IMG/VR virus record: IMGVR_UViG_3300042301_002170
DNA from: a virus
DNA: 64,000 nucleotides
Strand: one strand, 5' to 3'
The notes under the pieces are model-generated. The model was not told the origin of the DNA and searched no databases. It worked only from the letters and a program-made list of their open reading frames with translations. The translations under genes and the position numbers were made by a program. Each line of letters opens with the position of its first letter. Position 1 is the stretch's first letter. This document shows positions 25,293-35,596 of the stretch, in pieces.

Positions 25293-25936
25293 AATTAATT
25301 ACTGACAAAAGTACAAATGGTTTAACATCCAAAGAGTTTACAGAATTCTTAAAAACACCCACACCATATTCTACTTTTACAAAAGAGGAAGCAGAAGAAT
25401 TAGAACAAACACTTAAAAAAGGATTAGAAACGTATCCAGGTTTAGGTATTTCTGCAACTCAATTGGGGCTTAAGAAGAGAGTGTGTTATATTAAATTTGG
25501 AGATGATGAGAATGGTGTAGAATTATTTTTATTAAATCCAATTATCAAAGAACGTAGTAAAGATGGGTTTTTATTTTACGAAGGGTGTTTATCTATTCCA
25601 AAAACAGTAACATCTCCATTAAGAACCATTCGTTCTACTAAAGTTGTTGTAATGACAGATAATTTGGGTGAATTAACATTTGAAATTAATCCAGAAGGAG
25701 ATAAAGCAAACGATAGAGTTTCACAGGAAACAATGATGACAGTTATTGTTCAACATGAAATTGACCACTTAGATGGTATTACAATTAAAGATAGAATCTA
25801 TTCAACTACTCGTACTGTTCGTAAGAATTATGGTAGAAATGATTTAGTTGTAATGAAATCACCAAATGGTGAAATGATTGAAGTTAAATATAAGAAAGCA
25901 AATGAATTCTTTTTAAAAGGATACGAAGTAGTTTAA
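25289..25936 (+). CDS. def: Peptide deformylase
   Basis: GLGISATQLG, EGCLS, QHEIDHLDG (all three PDF motifs). Confidence 0.95.
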   Translation: MKLITDKSTNGLTSKEFTEFLKTPTPYSTFTKEEAEELEQTLKKGLETYPGLGISATQLGLKKRVCYIKFGDDENGVELFLLNPIIKERSKDGFLFYEGCLSIPKTVTSPLRTIRSTKVVVMTDNLGELTFEINPEGDKANDRVSQETMMTVIVQHEIDHLDGITIKDRIYSTTRTVRKNYGRNDLVVMKSPNGEMIEVKYKKANEFFLKGYEVV

Positions 25937-25937
25937 T

Positions 25938-26189
25938 ATGATAGGATTATATATAACAGTTGGGTTTTTATTTGCACTATCCTTAGTATTAGGATATGTT
26001 ATTATTATTAACTTGCAAAAGTTAGAAAGTTACGAAGACTTTATTGAAAAAGAAATTACCAGAAACGAAGCATTACTGGAGGCATTAAGACAAATAGATG
26101 AACGTCAAATGTTTGAGAAGGATGATGATGTAGGTTCAATATTTTACCAAATAAAAGAAACCATCGAAAGATTCAAACAATTTAACTAA
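25938..26189 (+). CDS. Small membrane-anchored protein
   Basis: N-terminal TM, DDDVGSIF motif. Confidence 0.7.
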   Translation: MIGLYITVGFLFALSLVLGYVIIINLQKLESYEDFIEKEITRNEALLEALRQIDERQMFEKDDDVGSIFYQIKETIERFKQFN

Positions 26190-26190
26190 T

Positions 26191-26880
26191 ATGCCAAGAA
26201 AAGCCAAAAGTAAACAGTATTTCACTAAAGATACAGAAGATGCAATCATTGAGTACAACTCAACTGAAGACCAACGTATTAAAGATAGGGTATATAGAGA
26301 TAGAATTAAACCTGCATTTGATAAACTCGCAGAGATTGTTTATAACAAATGGAAATTCTCATACTTCGATGATGACCCGAGAGATGTAATGAGTGAGGTT
26401 GTTACATTTATGATTGAAAAGATTCATATGTACAAAGAGGGTAAAGGAAAAGCATTCTCTTACTTTACTATTGTTGCTAGAAACTATTTGATTTTAAATA
26501 ATAACGCAAATTATAAAAGATATAAAGATACTGATATTATATCAAATTTACCTGACCATTGGGATACGGAAAATAATTGGGAAGAAGAAAATATTAATGA
26601 TGAATTCCGTACATTCAATAAAAGAATGTTAGCATATTGGGATATTCATTTAGAAAACCACTTTCCAAAGAAACGGGATATGCAGATTGCAGATGCCGTT
26701 TTGGAGTTATTCAGAAGAGCAGAATACATAGAAAGTTTCAATAAAAAATCTTTATACCTACTTATTAGAGAGATGACTGGTCATCCCACACATTATATAA
26801 CCAAGATTGTCAATAAAATGAAAGACAAACAAATGGAGTTATATAGTGAATTTGACAGAACAGGAGACTTAACTATGTAG
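26191..26880 (+). CDS. Phage sigma-like factor (T4 gp55-like late sigma)
   Basis: N-terminal YFT and region-2-like IEKIHMYKEGKGKAFSYFTIVARNYL resembling gp55 (F)AYFT. Confidence 0.6.
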   Translation: MPRKAKSKQYFTKDTEDAIIEYNSTEDQRIKDRVYRDRIKPAFDKLAEIVYNKWKFSYFDDDPRDVMSEVVTFMIEKIHMYKEGKGKAFSYFTIVARNYLILNNNANYKRYKDTDIISNLPDHWDTENNWEEENINDEFRTFNKRMLAYWDIHLENHFPKKRDMQIADAVLELFRRAEYIESFNKKSLYLLIREMTGHPTHYITKIVNKMKDKQMELYSEFDRTGDLTM

Positions 26881-26883
26881 ATT

Positions 26884-28578
26884 ATGATTAAATTAGGAAT
26901 ATCTGCGTTTTACCACGATTCAGCAGCAGCAATAGTAATAGATGGTGAAGTAATAGCAGCAATAGAAGAGGAAAAGTTTACAAATATCAAACATGATAAT
27001 TCATTTCCCTTACAAGCAATAGAATGGTGTTTAAAATCAGCAAAAATATCAATTGATAAAGTTGATATGATTTGTTGGTATGAAGAACCAAAACTAAAAT
27101 ACGATAGAGTAGAAGCTACTTTAGGTAAAAGTTGGTTAAAGAACTTTAAAAAATGGACAACATTTAAAAAGGAATTTTCAAACGGTGAAGGAAACTTAAA
27201 GGATTACTTTAAAACACAGATTGGTTATACAGGACCAATAACCTATGTAAAACACCATTTATCTCATTTAGCACTATCTTTTTACACTTCCCCTTTTGAG
27301 GAAGCTATTGGTATGTCTATTGATGGAGTTGGTGAGTGGGATACTGTAGTTGTAGCAGATTGTGATAAAAGTGGTATTAAAGAAAAACATTCAATAAAAT
27401 TCCCAAACTCATTGGGATTGGTATATTCTAGCATAACTGCTTATTTAGGATTCAAACCAAACGGTGGTGAATATAAAGTAATGGGGTTAGCACCTTATGG
27501 TAATCCAACAAAATACTCTCATATATTTAACAAAATATCAAAAGTTAATGAAGATGGTACAATTGATATAAAACAAAAGTATTTTACTTGGAGAACATCC
27601 AACACAGATATGTACAATTTTTATTTGGTTGAACTCATTGGGTTTGAACCAAGACCATCGGAATCAAAGATTGAGCAAGAACATATGGATTTAGCTTCTT
27701 CATTGCAACAATGGTATGAATCACAATTATACTTCTTAATAAGAAACGAATTAAAGGGTACTGACAAACGTAATTTAGTATTGGGTGGTGGTTGTGCATA
27801 TAATGGAACTGCTAACGGCAAAATCAAAGCAAACACCGAAATAGAGAACGTATGGATTCCATATGCACCATCGGATGCAGGTTCTGCTATTGGAGCTTGT
27901 TTGTATTATTGGCACGATATACTTGCTCACCAAAAAGTTGAAGGTGGTAATAATATATCTCCTTATTTAGGTCCATCTTATACGGATTACGATATACAAC
28001 TTGCCATTAGAGAAAATTTAGATGATATTGTTGTTCGCAAATTATCCGATGAAGATTTATTAAAAGAAACTGCACAAATGATTAACAATGGTTCAATTGT
28101 TGGTTGGTTTCAAGGTAGAACGGAATTTGGTGCAAGAGCGTTGGGTAATCGTTCTATATTGGCAAATCCCCACATATCGGATATTAGAGATAAGATAAAT
28201 AGAGTTGTAAAGAAAAGAGAAATGTTTAGACCATTCGCTCCATCTGTCACAGTTGAAGATTATCAAACTTATTTTATATCAGAGAGTGAAGTTCCTTATA
28301 TGAATCAAGTGGTTAAAGTTACTGATTTTAAAAAAATACCATCCGTAACCCATGTAGATAAATCAGCAAGGATACATACGGTTAGAAGAGAACAAAATGA
28401 AAAATATTACGATTTATTAAAAGAATTTGAAAAAGTAAGTGGTACTCCAATTCTGTTAAACACATCATTTAATTTGAGAGGTCATACAGTAACAAATGAC
28501 CCAAAGAAAGCAATCTGGACTTTCTTAAATTCAGAAATGGATTATCTTATAATAGAGAATTATTTGATTAGTAAATAA
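26884..28578 (+). CDS. Carbamoyltransferase (NodU/CmcH/TobZ family)
   Basis: YHDSAAA, HHLSH, DGVGE, GGCAYN, DAGSAIGA, FQGRTEFGARALGNRSILA, KREMFRPFAPS, LLNTSFN. Confidence 0.93.
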   Translation: MIKLGISAFYHDSAAAIVIDGEVIAAIEEEKFTNIKHDNSFPLQAIEWCLKSAKISIDKVDMICWYEEPKLKYDRVEATLGKSWLKNFKKWTTFKKEFSNGEGNLKDYFKTQIGYTGPITYVKHHLSHLALSFYTSPFEEAIGMSIDGVGEWDTVVVADCDKSGIKEKHSIKFPNSLGLVYSSITAYLGFKPNGGEYKVMGLAPYGNPTKYSHIFNKISKVNEDGTIDIKQKYFTWRTSNTDMYNFYLVELIGFEPRPSESKIEQEHMDLASSLQQWYESQLYFLIRNELKGTDKRNLVLGGGCAYNGTANGKIKANTEIENVWIPYAPSDAGSAIGACLYYWHDILAHQKVEGGNNISPYLGPSYTDYDIQLAIRENLDDIVVRKLSDEDLLKETAQMINNGSIVGWFQGRTEFGARALGNRSILANPHISDIRDKINRVVKKREMFRPFAPSVTVEDYQTYFISESEVPYMNQVVKVTDFKKIPSVTHVDKSARIHTVRREQNEKYYDLLKEFEKVSGTPILLNTSFNLRGHTVTNDPKKAIWTFLNSEMDYLIIENYLISK

Positions 28579-28598
28579 TTATTAATAAAGAATAAAAT

Positions 28599-29003
28599 AT
28601 GGCATCTGAATTTCAGTTATTTGATGGTAAAAACTTATCATCATTATTTAAAGATATTTACGATAATCAACAAGTAAAAAAGAAGAATATATCAGATATG
28701 ATTGAATCTCTTCGTAAGTTGATTCGTAATGTAGGTGAAGCAACAGTTCTTGCACCTATAATTAGAGATTTAATTGATTCATCCATTAAGAACGATGACC
28801 ATTTAATTAAATTGGCAACAATTGCTCAAAGATTGGCAGCTGCCGAAGCAAAGGGCATTGGTGAAGATGGGTGGTTGAGTGAGCATGAGAAAGCACAATT
28901 ATTAACAGAATTGGAAGATACTGTTAATGAGATTGATAAGAAGAACGATGAAAAGTTATTAGATATTCAAGTTGAAATAGAAGATATAAAAACTAAATTA
29001 TAA
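28599..29003 (+). CDS. Hypothetical helical protein
   Basis: Tiling ORF ahead of the baseplate genes. Confidence 0.75.
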   Translation: MASEFQLFDGKNLSSLFKDIYDNQQVKKKNISDMIESLRKLIRNVGEATVLAPIIRDLIDSSIKNDDHLIKLATIAQRLAAAEAKGIGEDGWLSEHEKAQLLTELEDTVNEIDKKNDEKLLDIQVEIEDIKTKL

Positions 29004-30223
29004 TGGAAACATTTTTAGCAACGGTAGATGTAGTTTATCCAACAAATAAAGAATTTGATGCATACGAAAAGGTAAGTGGTTCTATAGATGATACCGTTTC
29101 TGTTTATAACAGAAATAAAACTAAAGATTTTGGAGATTTGGATGCAAGTTTATACGGTGCAATAACTTATAGATTTGAAGGTAGTAGTGCTAAAAATGAA
29201 TTTGCAAAACCATTTGATAGAAATAATTTTACATTCCCAATTAAAGGAGAAACTGTTGTAATTTTAAAAATGTTTGAACCAAATAATCAAACATTTTGGC
29301 TACCATATACCAACACCCCATACCCAAATTATAGAAAAGATTATACAACCGATAAAAACACTAAGCCTGATACTAGTAGTGATTCGGGTGATGGGATTGA
29401 CCGTAAAAAAGCAGACGCAGCCGGTGGTGTTACAAATTCACCTGGTGAAAAGACGGATGATATTGGTTATAAAATAAATGAAAAAATTAAATTTTTAAAA
29501 CCAAAAAATGGTGATACTATTTTAAGTGGTAGAGTTGGTAATACAATTCGTTTATCTGAATTTTTTTTATCTTCCGATGATAAATCTTATCCTGGTATAT
29601 TCATTCGTAACAAACAAAATACAGAATTAGATTCTAAAAAAATAGGTGAGACCGTTGATGAAGATATAAATAAAGATGGTACATCTGTTTATTTCGTTTC
29701 AGGTAAAATCAAAGTTCCATTTAAGGAAACAATCACTAAAACTAAAATTGCATTTAAAGAATACCCATCGGATTTTAGTGGAGACCAATTATTTTTAAAT
29801 TCCGATAGAGTTATTTTTTCTTCAAAAGCAAATGAATTTATTATTTTTGGTAAAGGTAATACGGGAGTAATAACAGATGGTAATTATTCAATAGACAGTG
29901 CAAAAGATGTTTATATTAATTCGGATAAAAATATAATATTGCATTCTAATAAATCTAATCAAATATTTTTAAATTCCGAAAATGGTAAAATATTTTTAGG
30001 TAAAGATAAAGGAGTGGGTGGAGCGGGTGCAGATGTTCAAAAAATGGTATTAGGTGGTGAATTGGTTGAAATAATGAAAGAATTATTAGAAGCAATCAAA
30101 AACCAAATATACGCTGGGTCTTGTGGTCCATCAACTCTTTCTTCTGCTAATAAATTTGAATTTGATATTATTAAAGCAAAATTAAACAGATTATTATCTG
30201 CGAACAATTATTTAAGTAAATAA
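29003..30223 (+). CDS. Baseplate hub/spike-like protein (gp5/gpV-type)
   Basis: OB-like FPIKGETVV, GD..LSGR.GNTIR, beta-repeat C-terminus ending MVLGGELV; upstream of the gp25-like gene. Confidence 0.55.
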   Translation: METFLATVDVVYPTNKEFDAYEKVSGSIDDTVSVYNRNKTKDFGDLDASLYGAITYRFEGSSAKNEFAKPFDRNNFTFPIKGETVVILKMFEPNNQTFWLPYTNTPYPNYRKDYTTDKNTKPDTSSDSGDGIDRKKADAAGGVTNSPGEKTDDIGYKINEKIKFLKPKNGDTILSGRVGNTIRLSEFFLSSDDKSYPGIFIRNKQNTELDSKKIGETVDEDINKDGTSVYFVSGKIKVPFKETITKTKIAFKEYPSDFSGDQLFLNSDRVIFSSKANEFIIFGKGNTGVITDGNYSIDSAKDVYINSDKNIILHSNKSNQIFLNSENGKIFLGKDKGVGGAGADVQKMVLGGELVEIMKELLEAIKNQIYAGSCGPSTLSSANKFEFDIIKAKLNRLLSANNYLSK

Positions 30224-30224
30224 A

Positions 30225-31454
30225 ATGTCTTGGATATTATTTAAAGTAAATGTATTGGAGGCAATGATAACCGGCGGGTTTGCAAATGACTCAGATGGGT
30301 TTGCTTCATTTTATGCCAATGAATATGATAAATGCATAAAACGAGGTGGTGATATGATGTATGGAGTACCTGTTATAAACGGAAATGTTCAAGGTATGAC
30401 GGATGCTATAAAAGCTGCTTTTAAAAAAGGACAAGAAAGTGATGGAGAAAATTTTAATTTATTACAAGAAATTTACCCTTCTGCATTTGATGCATATTGG
30501 TTAGGTGCAGAAATGTCTCCGTTTCCAAGTCCACTATTAAGACCAGCAGGTTGGCAATCAACCCCACCTGCACCAGGTACACTTATGAATATTGGTCCAA
30601 ATCCAATAAAATTGGCAACATCTGCTGCAATAAACAAAGCATTAAAAGAAGCAGCTCAGTTATTAGTTGATGAACTGAAAAAACAAACAATTGAGATTGG
30701 TGGTATTTTTATAAATGTATATGATACAATTGTAAAAATATTAAAAAAAGAAATTGTTTCTGATGAAATTAAAAACCATCCTGCAATTATAACTGGAAAA
30801 GCAGTAGTTGAAAAATATGATGAAATAAAAAAGAAAAAACCATCAATTGGTTCTCAATTTAAACCATCTATTAAATTTCCATTTCCTGAATTACCAAAAA
30901 GAAAAGATTTAATTGAAAAAGCTAGAAAGAAATTATTAGATGAAGCAATTGAAGAAATTAAAAAAGGATTAATCCCACCAATTCAAGAACAAATATTACA
31001 ACCAATAATAGCACCTATACTGGTTGCGGTAGAAATATCAAAATCAATCCCATCGCCAAAACCTACAAAAGAACAAATTAAACAATTTGTAGTAGATATG
31101 ATAAATGGAGTAAAACCACAGATAAATTTACCTGATATTAATACACCCAAACTACCAACAAAAGCAGAATTACAAAAACAAATAGAAGATGGATTACCAA
31201 CAAAAGAGGAATTGATGGCAATGGCGTTTGATACGATTAAAGGGTTAATACCCAAGATTCCCAATATATGGTTTGTACCACCAACTTTACTTTTAACTCC
31301 ACCTACAAATATATTATTAGACCATTTTGTTAATTTAGCAAAAGTACATTTGTTAGGAACTAGTGGTACTATGATGGTTTTTGCTCAGTATCCACCACCT
31401 GCACCACCCGCTCCTGCAATAATAATGTGGTCTGGATATAATATCATTGGATAA
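30225..31454 (+). CDS. Putative baseplate-associated structural protein
   Basis: Between spike-like and gp25-like genes; Pro-rich segments. Confidence 0.5.
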   Translation: MSWILFKVNVLEAMITGGFANDSDGFASFYANEYDKCIKRGGDMMYGVPVINGNVQGMTDAIKAAFKKGQESDGENFNLLQEIYPSAFDAYWLGAEMSPFPSPLLRPAGWQSTPPAPGTLMNIGPNPIKLATSAAINKALKEAAQLLVDELKKQTIEIGGIFINVYDTIVKILKKEIVSDEIKNHPAIITGKAVVEKYDEIKKKKPSIGSQFKPSIKFPFPELPKRKDLIEKARKKLLDEAIEEIKKGLIPPIQEQILQPIIAPILVAVEISKSIPSPKPTKEQIKQFVVDMINGVKPQINLPDINTPKLPTKAELQKQIEDGLPTKEELMAMAFDTIKGLIPKIPNIWFVPPTLLLTPPTNILLDHFVNLAKVHLLGTSGTMMVFAQYPPPAPPAPAIIMWSGYNIIG

Positions 31455-31498
31455 TTTGAACTTATTATATTTATTAACATAACGAATACATTTTTACT

Positions 31499-32038
31499 AT
31501 GAAATCAGACATTTTATTATCACTTATTAAAGAAGTGGTTAAGAATGAAGTTAAGACACAAGTTAGACAACAAGTTATTTCAGAAATAACAAAATTGGTT
31601 AAATCGGGTGCAGTTACATTAAATTCTAACAGAAAACCACAAGCTCCTACATTAAAGGAGGCAATTGCAACTACAGACCCATTTGCTGCGGCAAGTGCTG
31701 CTTTACAAAAGAGTAGAGCATCTGTACCACAACAAAGGGTTGAACAACCTCAAAGGGAATATACAAAGAATACGGCATTAAACGAAATTCTTAATATGAC
31801 AACTCCATTTACATCTGCACAAAGAGCAGAAGGTGGTGGTAGTGGTGGTAGTGTATTAGATATGTTACAACCACAAATGAGTGTTGAAGAAGGTGGTTGG
31901 GAAACTATGGATTATAGAGATTCTGGAATTCCACAAAGTATGCCACAACAAATAGAATCAACGGGAGATGCGTTGCAAGATGCAACAATGAAAGCATTAA
32001 CAAGAGATTATTCTGAATTAGTGAAAAGATTTAAATAA
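31499..32038 (+). CDS. Hypothetical protein in structural module
   Basis: Tiling ORF, ATATTTAT upstream. Confidence 0.7.
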   Translation: MKSDILLSLIKEVVKNEVKTQVRQQVISEITKLVKSGAVTLNSNRKPQAPTLKEAIATTDPFAAASAALQKSRASVPQQRVEQPQREYTKNTALNEILNMTTPFTSAQRAEGGGSGGSVLDMLQPQMSVEEGGWETMDYRDSGIPQSMPQQIESTGDALQDATMKALTRDYSELVKRFK

Positions 32039-32475
32039 TGGCTTTAGAACTAGGTAAAGTAAAAGTACAAGATTTAACGGAAAACGATTATAAAGTATTA
32101 GGAATTGGCATAAATACAACTTCTAATTCTAATGGTGTATTTTCCGTTAATTATACTACTTTAACCCAAGCTAAAGATAATTTAAAAAGTTTAATTCTTA
32201 CACATAAAGGTGAAAGATTAATGAATCCTGAATTTGGTTGTGATATTTGGAAATTATTATTTGAACCAATTGTTGAAGGTGATATTGATTCAAAAATAGA
32301 AAGAACAATTATAGATGCAGTATCTATCTGGTTACCATATTTAAACATAGACCAAATAATTTTTGATTATGATGATAATGATATAGATAATCATACAATT
32401 GGTTTAGATATTAAATTTTCATTGGCATCAAACCCAAATTTAGGTGATTCAGTACAAATAAATGTAAATAATTAA
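32038..32475 (+). CDS. Baseplate wedge subunit, gp25/GPW-like
   Basis: NLKSLILTHKGERLMNPEFGC.I..LLFEP, I..AV..WLPY. Confidence 0.9.
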   Translation: MALELGKVKVQDLTENDYKVLGIGINTTSNSNGVFSVNYTTLTQAKDNLKSLILTHKGERLMNPEFGCDIWKLLFEPIVEGDIDSKIERTIIDAVSIWLPYLNIDQIIFDYDDNDIDNHTIGLDIKFSLASNPNLGDSVQINVNN

Positions 32476-32477
32476 TA

Positions 32478-34508
32478 ATGGCAATTAAACCGATAGATAA
32501 AAATTGGGGAAACGATAATAAAAAGATAAACTATCTTGGTAAAGATTTTGCTACATTAAAGCAAAACCTAATAGAATATACTAAAACTTATTTTCCAAAT
32601 ACATATTCCGATTTTAATGAAGCATCACCTGGTATGGTGTTTGTTGAGCAAGCGGCCGCAATTGGTGATTTACTATCATTCTATCAAGATGTTCAATTAA
32701 AAGAATCAATGTTAGCTTATGCTACTGAACGTAAAAACGTTATAGCATTAGCACAAGCAATGGGGTATAAACCAAAAGTAACAACACCCGCAGTAACTAC
32801 AATGACAGTTTATCAATTAGTTCCATCTGTTGGTGTTGGAGCAGAAAGTGTACCCGATAGTAGGTTTTATTTAAGAGTAAAAGAGGGTATGGAAATTCAA
32901 TCTTCTACCAACTCATCGGTAATATTTAGAACAACTGATTCTGTTAATTTTGCAGAAACTGGTAGTAATTCTGTTAGTGTATTTGAAAGAAATGCACAAG
33001 GAAATCCAACAAGATATTTGATTTCAAAAACAGTTAAAGCAATATCCGCAAGGCAAATTTCTACTTCAATTGTATTTCAAGGAACAGATACTGATTACCC
33101 AACGGCAACATTGGCAGATACTAATATTATAGGAATAACTTCTATTATAGATTCAAATACAAATGAATTATGGTACGAAGTTCCTTATTTGGCACAAGAA
33201 AGTGTTTTTGTTGAAAAACAAAATACATCATATAATTCGGATTTAAATGAATTTTCTGGTTCCGTTCCTTATATTTTAGAAATACAAAAAGTACCTCGTA
33301 GATTTTCAGTAAAAGTAAATTCTGATAATACTATGGATTTACAATTTGGAAATGGCGGAGGTAGTGGTTTAACAGACGAACAAATTTTACCAAATACTAA
33401 AAATATAGGATTGGGATTAGCCAATTCAGTACAACGATTAAATCAAGGCATTGACCCATCTAATTTTTTAAAAACAAATACATTTGGAATATCCCCTGCA
33501 AACAAAACTCTATCAATAAATTATTTAGTTGGTGGAGGAATTGAATCAAACGTAAATACAGGCGATTTAACTACAATAAGAAGAATTGAATTTGAAGAAG
33601 ATGTTCTATCAATTCCATCTAATATATTAAGTGCATATAATGATACCAAAACAACAGTTGCGGTTGAAAATTTAGAAGCTGCGGTTGGTGGAAGAAGTTC
33701 CGAATCAATTGAAGAAATTAGACAAAATGCATTAGGTTCATTTGGTTCTCAAAATAGAGCAGTAACAAGACAAGATTATATTGTAAGAGCATTATCAATG
33801 CCGGAAAGATATGGTAGTATTGCAAAGGTATATGTATCACCCGATGGAGAGATTGATAATAATTCACCATCATCTATTCTTGCAAATCCAAAATATATTA
33901 CTGAATTTGTTGGATTAGTTGAAGGATTAAAAGGAAAACCATCTTCCGAAGTTCAAAAAGAATTAGTTAAATATCTTTCCCAAAAACGTTCTGCAATATC
34001 GGAAGTAAATAACCCATTTGCAATTAATATGTATGTATTGGGTTATGATGAAAATAAAAAATTAACAAATTTAAATACTGCAATTAAACAAAATCTTAAA
34101 ACTTATTTAGGTGAATATCGTTTAATGACTGATTCTGTAAATTTATTAAATGGATTTATAGTAAATATTGGTTGTGATTTTGAAGTAGCATGTTATTCTA
34201 ATTATAATAAAAATGAAGTAGTAGCAAGTTGTTTATTACAATTGCAAGATTATTTTAATATTGAAAATTGGACATTCAATAAACCAATAAATCTTTCAGA
34301 AATAGAATTAATATTAGCAAACGTAGAAGGAGTTATGAGTGTACCATCGGTTAAGATATATAATCTTTGTGGTGGTGATGGAAATTATTCTACAAACAAA
34401 TATAATATAGACCAAGCAACTAAAGATAAGATTGTATATCCATCTTTAGACCCTTGTGTTTTTGAAATTAAGTACCCAAATAAAGATATTAAAGGAAGAG
34501 CACTATAA
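32478..34508 (+). CDS. Baseplate wedge subunit, gp6/baseplate-J-like
   Basis: KDFATLK.NL, ATERKNV..LA..GYKP, YLVGGG..SNV, GG...ESIEEIR, QNRAVT..DY. Confidence 0.88.
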   Translation: MAIKPIDKNWGNDNKKINYLGKDFATLKQNLIEYTKTYFPNTYSDFNEASPGMVFVEQAAAIGDLLSFYQDVQLKESMLAYATERKNVIALAQAMGYKPKVTTPAVTTMTVYQLVPSVGVGAESVPDSRFYLRVKEGMEIQSSTNSSVIFRTTDSVNFAETGSNSVSVFERNAQGNPTRYLISKTVKAISARQISTSIVFQGTDTDYPTATLADTNIIGITSIIDSNTNELWYEVPYLAQESVFVEKQNTSYNSDLNEFSGSVPYILEIQKVPRRFSVKVNSDNTMDLQFGNGGGSGLTDEQILPNTKNIGLGLANSVQRLNQGIDPSNFLKTNTFGISPANKTLSINYLVGGGIESNVNTGDLTTIRRIEFEEDVLSIPSNILSAYNDTKTTVAVENLEAAVGGRSSESIEEIRQNALGSFGSQNRAVTRQDYIVRALSMPERYGSIAKVYVSPDGEIDNNSPSSILANPKYITEFVGLVEGLKGKPSSEVQKELVKYLSQKRSAISEVNNPFAINMYVLGYDENKKLTNLNTAIKQNLKTYLGEYRLMTDSVNLLNGFIVNIGCDFEVACYSNYNKNEVVASCLLQLQDYFNIENWTFNKPINLSEIELILANVEGVMSVPSVKIYNLCGGDGNYSTNKYNIDQATKDKIVYPSLDPCVFEIKYPNKDIKGRAL

Positions 34509-35596
34509 TGCATAAATTTTTCACATCATCATTTGACGCAAGTATATACTTACAACAACCAGACCAAAATACAGGTAGGGATGAAATGTTGGAAGTTGGT
34601 AAATTATATTATGGTTCTACCAAAGACATTGCTAGAACTTTAATTAAATTTGATACAGGCTCAATTAAGTCAGAAATAACATCAATAGGGACAGGTAGTT
34701 ACTCTGTATTTTTAAATTTAAAAACGGCAAAATCCGAAGAGATACCTTTACAATATACATTATATGCAAACGCGGTTTCTCAAAGTTGGGCAATGGGAAC
34801 TGGTACTAAGTTTGATAACATAACATCAGATGGTGTTAGTTGGTATTACAAAGATGGCATTAATAAATGGATGAACTACACAGTAACTCCAGATTCTTAT
34901 GTAAGTGGCTCTGATACTGGTTCAATATCAAATGGTGGTGGTGGTACTTGGTACACTGCTTCAATAGCATCACAATCATTTGATTATGAAAATGATGATG
35001 TTAGAATGGATGTTACTAATTTAGTTAAATTATGGGTAAGTGGTTCTGTTCCAAATAATGGGTTTGTAGTACATCATGGATTAATAAATGAAGCAGATAC
35101 GTTGGATTATGGTGTTATTAAATTCTTTTCAAAAGAAACTAATACAATATATGAACCAAAATTAGAATTAGTTTGGGATGATAGTTCATTTTTAACTGGA
35201 AGTTTATCACCAGTAACCGGTTCAGCACAAGAAGGATATAAAGTAGTTATTAGCAATTTAAAAAATGAATATGTTAATAATACAAAGGTAAAAATTAGAT
35301 TAAAAGGTAGAGATATGTATCCATCAAAAACATTTGATAGAACTTTCTCATATGACCAAGTTAAATATTTACCATCCGGTTCAACTCAGTATCAAATAGA
35401 AGATTACATAACAGGAGAAGCAATATTTCCATTTGGTAATTATACAAAAGTAAGTTGTGATTCTACATCTAATTATTTTATAATGGATTTATCAACACTA
35501 TCTATTAATAGAACATATAGATTAAAAATAAAAATAATAGAAAGTGGAATATCTACAATTGTAGATGATAAGTATATATTTGAAATAGTATCCTAA
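34508..35596 (+). CDS. Structural protein with DNRLRE-like beta domain
   Basis: D.SIY...P..NTG.DE.LEV, R.LIKFD, NNGF, F.SKE...PKLELVW. Confidence 0.6.
   Translation: MHKFFTSSFDASIYLQQPDQNTGRDEMLEVGKLYYGSTKDIARTLIKFDTGSIKSEITSIGTGSYSVFLNLKTAKSEEIPLQYTLYANAVSQSWAMGTGTKFDNITSDGVSWYYKDGINKWMNYTVTPDSYVSGSDTGSISNGGGGTWYTASIASQSFDYENDDVRMDVTNLVKLWVSGSVPNNGFVVHHGLINEADTLDYGVIKFFSKETNTIYEPKLELVWDDSSFLTGSLSPVTGSAQEGYKVVISNLKNEYVNNTKVKIRLKGRDMYPSKTFDRTFSYDQVKYLPSGSTQYQIEDYITGEAIFPFGNYTKVSCDSTSNYFIMDLSTLSINRTYRLKIKIIESGISTIVDDKYIFEIVS

Noticed and set aside
29274-29477. Alternate-frame + strand ORF
   Set aside because: Fully nested in the spike-like gene; no features.
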